14,245 bases of DNA from Oscillospiraceae bacterium (GTDB lineage Bacteria > Bacillota > Clostridia > Oscillospirales > Oscillospiraceae): NCBI GenBank assembly GCA_963642815.1, contig CAVIIB010000011.1, positions 21,934 through 36,178 on the forward strand, written 5' to 3'. The position numbers and the translations under genes were made by a program. This document shows positions 1 through 5,006 of the stretch, piece after piece; position 1 is the stretch's first letter, and the number at the start of each line of letters is the position of its first letter. The notes beneath the pieces are model-generated. The model made no database searches, had not been told where the DNA came from, and saw only the letters and a program-made list of their open reading frames with translations.

Positions 1-1
1 G

Positions 2-442
2 CACAGGGCAAAGGAGACGGCGGTATCCGAAAAAACGGGACGCTTCAAGCGAAAAAAGCGCTCCGCAAAATCCATAGCGAACAAAGCACCGGCGGCACTG
101 ATAGAGATTTTACGGCTAAAGTGCGTATCGCTTGGACTTCCCGGCGTTGAGGAAGTACCGACCTCCGTTCGGGCCAGTCAGTATAACCACCAATCCGGCG
201 AATATGTGAAGAAATCACTGTCCCAGCGGTGGAATGATATGCCGGATGGACAGCGTATCCAGCGCGACCTCTACTCGGCGTTCCTCTTGCAGCACTATGA
301 CCCGGAAACCAAGAATTTTGACCTCGCCTCCCTCCAACGTGATTATCCGCAATTTGTCCAGCACCATCACCAGACGATCCAATATATATCCGCCATACCC
401 AAGACGCCCTCCAGCATGGGGGTACACCAAAGTATTCGATAG
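2..442 (+). CDS. TnpB / IS605-OrfB-like RuvC-fold nuclease, C-terminal part (5' end outside window)
   Basis: Frame 2 is open from nt 2 to TAG 440-442; the track lists it only from GTG 206. The translation ...GRFKRKKRSAKSIANKAPAALIEILRLKCVSLGLPGVEEVPTSVRASQYNHQSGEYVKKSLSQRWNDMPDGQRIQRDLYSAFLLQ... follows the C-terminal layout of TnpB/OrfB proteins, recognised from memory: KSIxD/N-like, VxV..TSQ-like, LSxR, and an xRDxNAA-like RuvC-III motif. The four Zn-ribbon Cys positions are not Cys. Confidence 0.45.
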   Translation, partial: HRAKETAVSEKTGRFKRKKRSAKSIANKAPAALIEILRLKCVSLGLPGVEEVPTSVRASQYNHQSGEYVKKSLSQRWNDMPDGQRIQRDLYSAFLLQHYDPETKNFDLASLQRDYPQFVQHHHQTIQYISAIPKTPSSMGVHQSIR

Positions 443-665
443 TGCGAAGTCCAAGATAACAGAAAAACACGGTGCGGTTCGCACCAGAAAAACCGGTCGA
501 TTGTCCGTCCGAGGCTACCGCTAATGGCAATATTGCTTGCCTTGGTAGCAGAAGAGCACGGGAAAATGGTTAGCGCGTAGCACGTTTTACGAGGCTACGA
601 AAAGCCATCTACCGACTCACAGCACATCCCACAAATATGCGTGCTGCGCTATGTGCATTTTTGCT

Positions 666-833
666 GACGCAATCCGCACGGGACGCGCTGAGGCAAAGAT
701 TTCTAAACCTCCTATCTTTCGGTGTAATAAGCGACGCAATCCGCACGGGACGCGCTGAGGCAAAGAACCTTTTCCCTTTCTTGTTTTTTGGTGCGGTTAG
801 GACGCAATCCGCACGGGACACATCGAGACAAAG
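666..833 (+). CRISPR. Orphan mini-CRISPR array: three 33-nt repeats, two spacers (34 and 35 nt)
   Basis: The repeat GACGCAATCCGCACGGGACGCGCTGAGGCAAAG occurs at 666-698 and 733-765 (identical) and at 801-833 with 5 mismatches, all in the 3' third. That degenerate terminal repeat implies a leader on the left and + strand transcription. Spacers 699-732 and 766-800 are unrelated to each other. The repeat resembles type I-C repeats (GTCGCGCCCCGCACGGGCGCGTGGATTGAAAC type, from memory) and keeps a bulged stem CGCaaTCC/GGAcGCG. No cas genes are in the window. Confidence 0.7.
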
Positions 834-980
834 TGGGGCAGACCGCAACGCTGATCGGCTGACCTTGCAGCAGCGGGAAAGGCGGTAAACAAGCGCCGCA
901 TTGACGCAAAAATGTCGGGTGCAGGGAAGAGTGTCAATCTAGTGCAATGGAAAAACGCGAATTTGGACAAAATCTGGCGG

Positions 981-989
981 CATATAGTA
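981..989 (+). promoter_or_regulatory. Candidate mother-cell (sigmaE/sigmaK-type) -10 element upstream of sigK
   Basis: CATATAGTA fits the CATAnnnTA pattern of sigmaK-type -10 boxes. It lies only about 22 nt before the ATG and I see no convincing -35, so this is weak. Confidence 0.2.
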
Positions 990-1010
990 GGGGCAAAGGG
1001 GGTCTGCTAT

Positions 1011-1451
1011 ATGCTCTCCACGACGTTTATGCTCCTCGTCTCCGGCGCATTTCTCATGCTGCGCTTGGGCGAGACTGCCGGCTCGTTTCCGCGTCCGCTC
1101 CCGGCCAAGGAGGAGCGCCGCTGCGTCGAGGCGTGGCTGGCGGGGGACACGCAGGCGCGGAACAAGCTCATCGAGCATAACCTGCGGCTGGTCGTACATA
1201 TCGTCAAGAAATACTACGCCGCCTCCGCCGACGCGGAGGATCTCATCTCCATCGGCACCGTCGGTCTCATCAAGGGCGTATCGAGCTACCGCCCCGAAAA
1301 AAACGTCCGCCTCGCCACCTATGCGTCGAGGTGTATAGAAAATGCTATACTATCGAAACGGAAGAATCGGCGGCTGAGGTGGTGGAACGGGTGTCTTTTG
1401 AGGCAAAATGGCGCCTGCTGGCGAGAGTGGGAGTCCGCTGCTATATTCTGA
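1011..1451 (+). CDS. sigK: RNA polymerase sporulation sigma factor SigK, 5' segment only (spoIVCB-like); interrupted after codon 111
   Basis: ATG 1011 is preceded by AAGGGGG (996-1002). [111 protein letters not shown] matches B. subtilis pro-SigK along its length (..[67 protein letters not shown]..). After N111 (nt 1341-1343) the frame reads [19 protein letters not shown]... to a stop at 1449-1451, with no sigma regions 3/4. The track start at 912 is an upstream extension without an RBS. Confidence 0.85.
   Translation: MLSTTFMLLVSGAFLMLRLGETAGSFPRPLPAKEERRCVEAWLAGDTQARNKLIEHNLRLVVHIVKKYYAASADAEDLISIGTVGLIKGVSSYRPEKNVRLATYASRCIENAILSKRKNRRLRWWNGCLLRQNGACWREWESAAIF
1333..1350. repeat. attL-like inverted repeat at the sigK break point
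   Basis: GTATAG (1333-1338) and CTATAC (1345-1350) form a perfect 6-bp inverted repeat around AAAATG (1339-1344). SigK similarity ends at 1343/1344, inside the central spacer. Confidence 0.5.
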
Positions 1452-1687
1452 TTTCCAATGTATCGGGTGCGGTAAAAGCAGCTCCTCTCCAAATTCTTCA
1501 ATTTCCGGTGATACTGCCGCACAAGCTTCAGGAAGCGGAAAAGTTCAATTTGCAGTTCTCGGACTTTGCGGAAATCACCGAAACGGCGGACACGCTAGGT
1601 GTCAGTCTTGGCAGTCTCAAGCAGTGGGAACAAAACCGCAAGCAGATATTCAAATCCACGTGGGAGAAGTATTTCAAGCAGGCATAA
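1391..1687 (+). CDS. Small helix-turn-helix (XRE-like) DNA-binding protein; start uncertain
   Basis: The C-terminal part [30 protein letters not shown] has the FAxxLGVSxxTLxxWEQGRR HTH pattern. GTG 1391 has GAGGTG (1376-1381) 9 nt upstream. The track start at 1331 lies in the host sigK part and is unlikely. Alternative starts are GTG 1508 and TTG 1550. A terminator follows immediately. Confidence 0.45.
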   Translation: MSFEAKWRLLARVGVRCYILISNVSGAVKAAPLQILQFPVILPHKLQEAEKFNLQFSDFAEITETADTLGVSLGSLKQWEQNRKQIFKSTWEKYFKQA

Positions 1688-1694
1688 CCATAGC

Positions 1695-1735
1695 AAACGG
1701 GCAGACCAGCCTTAAAAGCCGGTCTGCCCGTTTTT
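1695..1735. terminator. Rho-independent terminator shared by convergent genes
   Basis: A 13-bp stem AAACGGGCAGACC (1695-1707) / GGTCTGCCCGTTT (1721-1733) is followed by TT(TTT) on the + strand. The stop codon of the minus-strand 68-aa ORF lies inside the hairpin. Confidence 0.75.
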
Positions 1736-1918
1736 CGTATGTATCACTTGCCCCTTCAGATGCCTTGCCGCCGCGTCCACCAGCTCCAGCTTCTGCTCCG
1801 TGGAGCAGGGCAGCTTCTGGACATTTTTCAGCACCTGCTCGGACTGGAACTTCGCCAGCTCCTGTGCAAGCTCCTGCTTTGCCTGCCGGGACTTGGGGAA
1901 AATCAAAAATACTTCCAT
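1712..1918 (-). CDS. Hypothetical small protein (68 aa), coiled-coil-like and Lys/Glu/Gln-rich
   Basis: There is a strong SD: the minus strand reads GGAAAGGAGGGCAGCG-ATG, with AAGGAGG 6 nt from the ATG. The ORF ends in the shared terminator. No family recognised. Confidence 0.55.
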   Translation of the reverse strand: MEVFLIFPKSRQAKQELAQELAKFQSEQVLKNVQKLPCSTEQKLELVDAAARHLKGQVIHTKNGQTGF

Positions 1919-2034
1919 CGCTGCCCTCCTTTCCAGAGCATTTGCTGTTTCAATCTATGTCTGATTTGTAGAGTATATGTAAAGTTGCCTCTTTCTGATG
2001 GGGGTTATAGGGGGCAAACGCCCCCTCAAATTTG

Positions 2035-2052
2035 AATTGGGATATCCCAATT
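2035..2052. repeat. Perfect 18-bp palindrome AATTGGGATATCCCAATT (candidate operator)
   Basis: Read directly from the sequence. It is flanked by a GC hairpin AGGGGGC-aaac-GCCCCCT (2009-2026) and an imperfect palindrome AAGGTAACGG-tg-CCGTTTCCTT (2062-2083). It lies 90-165 nt upstream of the minus-strand 68-aa gene. Confidence 0.5.
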
Positions 2053-2220
2053 TGTTGCTTGAAGGTAACGGTGCCGTTTCCTTTCCTGTCCTGCGTCTCA
2101 CTCCGCAGAGTTTTTCCACTTCGGCCACATCATCGTTGGTACTGCACAGCGGCCAGCAGAAGCAGGAGATGCGCCGAATCGTCGGGCATGAGATGGTGGT
2201 TGACATAATACATGGCGGAG

Positions 2221-2253
2221 GAAAAACAAAGAGGCCCCACACCGGAGCCTCTT
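2221..2253 (-). terminator. Minus-strand rho-independent terminator-like hairpin with no obvious upstream gene
   Basis: The stem AAGAGGC (2229-2235) / GCCTCTT (2247-2253) is followed on the minus strand by TTGTTTTTC (complement of 2221-2228). Confidence 0.4.
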
Positions 2254-2365
2254 GGCGTTTAATATTTACGATGTATATGGCTTCTGCGCGGGCACCGGCT
2301 ACGGCACTATAGACAAGGCATGGGTAGGAAGATAGGCAGAGGTACTTTTCCTGCTTCCTGAGTAT

Positions 2366-2400
2366 AAATCCCTTAATACAGGCATAATAGTAAGGGATTT
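2366..2400. repeat. 10-bp perfect inverted repeat AAATCCCTTA / TAAGGGATTT with a 15-nt loop
   Basis: Read directly from the sequence. It sits just upstream of the fic promoter. A related TCCCTTA/TAAGGGA pair brackets the -10 region (2421-2450). Confidence 0.45.
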
Positions 2401-2413
2401 ATGGCACAGCCCA

Positions 2414-2442
2414 TTGACTATTCCCTTATTTTATATTATTAT
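2414..2442 (+). promoter_or_regulatory. SigmaA-type promoter for fic
   Basis: TTGACT (2414-2419), a 17-nt spacer, then TATTAT (2437-2442). The RBS GGAGGTG (2458-2464) lies 6 nt before ATG 2471. Confidence 0.5.
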
Positions 2443-2470
2443 TTAAGGGAAAACGAATGGAGGTGAGGGA

Positions 2471-3517
2471 ATGAGAACCTTCAATTACTCCGCAATCAAG
2501 GAACAAAAGTGGGACGCGGATATTCTTGGTCTGATTGCAGCCATATACAAGGAAGCCGGCAAGCAGGAACTGTATTTGAAGCAGCGCCCGGAGGAACTTG
2601 AAAAGCTCGTGGAGATTGCCAAGATACAGAGCACCGAGGCATCGAATGCCATCGAGGGCATCGTCACCACGAGTACCCGAATCCGGCAGCTCGTCGAGGA
2701 GAAAACCACGCCGAGAAACCGTGACGAGCAGGAAATTGCCGGATATCGCGATGTGCTGAGTATCATTCACGAGAGCTTTGACGCGATACCAATTACGCAG
2801 AACTACATTCTGCAGCTTCACAAAATCCTGTACAGCCACATGAACAACCCACTTGCGGGCCGCACCAAAGCTACGCAGAATTATATCACTGCCACCTACC
2901 CGGACGGTCATGTGGAAACGCTGTTCACCCCGCTTGCCCCTTATGAAACGCCGGAAGCGCTGGAGAGAATCTGCGAGGAATACAATCGAGTGATTGGCAA
3001 CATGGAACTGGAGCCGTTGATTGCGATCCCGGTTTTCATCCATGACTTTTTGTGCATCCACCCCTTCAATGACGGAAACGGAAGAATGAGTAGATTGCTC
3101 ACGACGCTGCTTCTGTACCGAAATGGTTTTTATGTTGGAAAGTACATCTCCCTTGAAGCTAAAATCGCCAAAAACAAGGATCTGTACTACGACGCACTTG
3201 CACAGGCGCAAACCGGCTGGCACGAAGGCACAGAAGATGTAGTGCCATTCATCAAGTACCTGCTCGGGACGATCCTTGCGGCATATAAGGACTTCGAGGA
3301 TCGTGTAGCGCTTGTGGAAACCAAGCTGCCCGCACTGGAAATGGTGCGCAGAGCAAGCAAAAACAGAATCGGGCGGTTCAACAAACAGGATATCCGAGAG
3401 CTTTGCCCGACGCTCAGTGACAGTTCCATTGAGGGGGCCCTCCGCAAACTGGTCGCAGCCGGTGAACTGAAGAAAGAAGGAAGAGGGAAAAATACCCGTT
3501 ACTTCAGGCTAAATTAA
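2471..3517 (+). CDS. fic: Fic family protein (class II, N-terminal inhibitory helix, C-terminal winged-helix-like domain)
   Basis: The Fic motif HPFNDGNGRMSR (nt 3059-3094) fits HxFx(D/E)GNGRxxR. The inhibitory motif SNAIEG (nt 2642-2659) fits (S/T)xxxE(G/N). The gene has a strong RBS and its own promoter and terminator. Confidence 0.9.
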   Translation: MRTFNYSAIKEQKWDADILGLIAAIYKEAGKQELYLKQRPEELEKLVEIAKIQSTEASNAIEGIVTTSTRIRQLVEEKTTPRNRDEQEIAGYRDVLSIIHESFDAIPITQNYILQLHKILYSHMNNPLAGRTKATQNYITATYPDGHVETLFTPLAPYETPEALERICEEYNRVIGNMELEPLIAIPVFIHDFLCIHPFNDGNGRMSRLLTTLLLYRNGFYVGKYISLEAKIAKNKDLYYDALAQAQTGWHEGTEDVVPFIKYLLGTILAAYKDFEDRVALVETKLPALEMVRRASKNRIGRFNKQDIRELCPTLSDSSIEGALRKLVAAGELKKEGRGKNTRYFRLN

Positions 3518-3545
3518 GAGCGCGACAAAGAGCAAAAAATAGCAG

Positions 3546-3917
3546 TCATTCAATATCAGAACGTGGCGGAATATCCGCGAAACCTTGCATGACAAAACCG
3601 TCGCCCCGACCGAAAATCGGGGCGGCGGTTTTATGCAGGGGAGAAAAGGGTCGCATTTGAGGCATGACAAGTAAGATGGGTTGCCGCTGGATAATCATTG
3701 TCTGCGGGTGTTTTTCCGGGATGGCGCGGTAAATTTCGTTGTCGGTGTAATTTTTATCTCTGAAGCTGTGGGTAACAAGCAGTCCCGTATCTGCCATGTA
3801 GCATTTTTGCGTGGTATTGTTCCGTTGTGAGAGCAATATGCGCCTGTATTCAACTTTGTAATATTGTCGGTGCGTTATTTCAATTTTACAAGTACGCGGC
3901 TGAATGATATTCTTTTG
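3546..3917 (-). pseudogene. Possible remnant of an AAA+ ATPase (DUF4143-type) gene
   Basis: The minus frame is open from 3917 to 3546. The upstream part ...YKVEYRRILLSQRNNTTQKCYMADTGLLVTHSF... resembles the KxYxxDTGLL segment of DUF4143 ATPases (from memory). There is no N-terminal ATPase domain and no RBS, and the frame runs through the fic terminator. Confidence 0.25.
3597..3632. terminator. Rho-independent terminator after fic (bidirectional-looking)
   Basis: A 13-bp stem ACCGTCGCCCCGA (3597-3609) / TCGGGGCGGCGGT (3617-3629, one G-T pair) is followed by TTT on the + strand. AAAA precedes it, which gives a T-run on the minus strand. Confidence 0.75.
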
Positions 3918-3935
3918 TCATAGATAATGACAAAA
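3913..3935. promoter_or_regulatory. Inverted repeat TTTTGTCAT-agata-ATGACAAAA, candidate operator upstream of the LysR gene
   Basis: Perfect 9-bp arms sit in the AT-rich 3837-4035 intergenic region, about 100 nt upstream of ATG 4036. The dyad is compatible with LTTR-type T-N11-A sites. Confidence 0.35.
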
Positions 3936-4035
3936 TGCACAAATGGAATAAAAAAGAATCTAAAATTCTTGTTGAAAACACCGTGTTGCTTGTTGTATTG
4001 TGTGTAGGACAAGACAATAAGAAAGGTGTGTAGTC

Positions 4036-4911
4036 ATGACTTTCAATCAGCTGAATTACTTCATTACAGTTGCAAGAAATCTGAGCTTCTCCCGTGCGGC
4101 TGAATTACTTTTTGTAACACAGTCCACGCTGAGCCGCAGCATCGCATCTATGGAAAGCGAATTGGGGGTCACATTATTCGACCGTGTTTATCACAATCTG
4201 AAGCTGACACCGGCAGGCGAGCTTATGCTTCGAGATGGCGTAAAGATCATGGATAGTATGAATTCCTTAATCGGGAGGATGCAGTCCATGGAGGAAAGTA
4301 AAAAGAAGCGCCTGACCATTGGCATTCTGGACGGGCAAAAGGTCGAAACAAGGGTTTTGCTTGCCGTCAAGCGAATATTGGAGGATATTCCGGAGTTTGG
4401 CATTGATATACGCCGGATGGACTATGAAACGGCTATACAGGGCGTTTCGGAGTCAAAGCTGGATGTCGTGCAAACCCTGATGTCCGCAGACACGGTGCTA
4501 GAGGACAGCGTTGACCAAATTCTTATAGAAGATGAGAGCTACTATTTGGTAGCCAGCAACGACGATCCGATCTGGCAGGAGTGGAACCAATCATCGCTGT
4601 CTGTGCTGGATAAGAAAGTGCTGCTGATGTCCCATGCGTATCCGGGGAATGACGACCTTCTTAAAAAGCTTTCCGACGCGGGAATCCTCTCAAGAGTAAA
4701 GGTCGTGCCCGACATGGAGACGCTTTCCCTTTGGCTCGAAGCAGGTATGGGCGTTTCTATATGCAATGCCAGCCATGTTACGTGCAGCTCTGGCGTAAAA
4801 AGATCCGTGCGGGCAGAGTGTCTGGACACACTTCCCAAAGCTCCAGTGGCCTTGCTTTGGAATAAAAACAATCTGTCTTCGCTGTTGGAGCTGTTCCTGT
4901 CATATATGTAA
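4036..4911 (+). CDS. LysR-family transcriptional regulator
   Basis: The N-terminal HTH MTFNQLNYFITVARNLSFSRAAELLFVTQSTLSRSIASMESELGVTLFDR is canonical for LTTRs. At 291 aa, the rest is a C-terminal substrate-binding-type domain. Confidence 0.9.
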   Translation: MTFNQLNYFITVARNLSFSRAAELLFVTQSTLSRSIASMESELGVTLFDRVYHNLKLTPAGELMLRDGVKIMDSMNSLIGRMQSMEESKKKRLTIGILDGQKVETRVLLAVKRILEDIPEFGIDIRRMDYETAIQGVSESKLDVVQTLMSADTVLEDSVDQILIEDESYYLVASNDDPIWQEWNQSSLSVLDKKVLLMSHAYPGNDDLLKKLSDAGILSRVKVVPDMETLSLWLEAGMGVSICNASHVTCSSGVKRSVRAECLDTLPKAPVALLWNKNNLSSLLELFLSYM

Positions 4912-4925
4912 GAAGCGAGATCTGC

Positions 4926-4954
4926 TTGCAAACCGGCACAGCACATAGGATTAT
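4926..4954 (+). promoter_or_regulatory. Candidate promoter of the oxidoreductase/ABC operon
   Basis: TTGCAA (4926-4931), a 17-nt spacer, then GATTAT (4949-4954), in the 80-nt gap between the LysR gene and the flavoprotein gene. Confidence 0.3.
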
Positions 4955-5006
4955 TGGTGGCAGGATGCCATTGATGATAAATAAACGATAGTTGGAGGTA
5001 AAGGCA

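Noticed and set aside
45-530. 161-aa minus ORF and the overlapping small ORFs 215-484 (-) and 234-524 (+)
   Set aside because: They overlap the frame-2 ORF, which is open from the window edge and shows TnpB-like motifs. None has recognisable features.
2-833. Idea that the TnpB-like protein plus the adjacent array form a miniature type V (Cas12-like) CRISPR system
   Set aside because: The repeat looks type I-C-like rather than type V. Only the C-terminus of the protein is visible, and the juxtaposition is more simply explained by an IS insertion next to a decaying array. The idea is kept only as something the full ORF and small-RNA data could reopen.
609-909. ORFs 609-848 (-), 637-888 (+) and 712-909 (-)
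   Set aside because: They run through the CRISPR repeats. The repeated peptide segments (for example SARDALRQ / SRADCV) are just translated repeats.
912-1010. Upstream extension of sigK (track start at 912)
   Set aside because: There is no RBS at 912 and the 33 extra residues do not match SigK. ATG 1011 has a G-rich SD and begins the pro-sequence.
1408-1971. 187-aa + strand ORF (Ala/Pro/Ser-rich)
   Set aside because: It crosses the strong terminator at 1695-1735 and is antisense to the SD-supported 68-aa gene. Low-complexity composition.
1950-2213. Minus-strand frame MYYVNHHLMPDDSAHLLLLLAAVQYQR-(TGA)-CGRSGKTL... with faint resemblance to the HUH region (MPxHxHLL) of IS200/RAYT transposases
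   Set aside because: There is no SD (CCTCC precedes the ATG) and an in-frame TGA at 2130-2132. The spacing between the HLLL and GRSG segments is far too short for that family. The resemblance is probably chance.
2426-3223. 265-aa minus-strand ORF opposite fic
   Set aside because: It is antisense to the Fic gene, which has the canonical motifs, promoter, RBS and terminator. It has no start context of its own.
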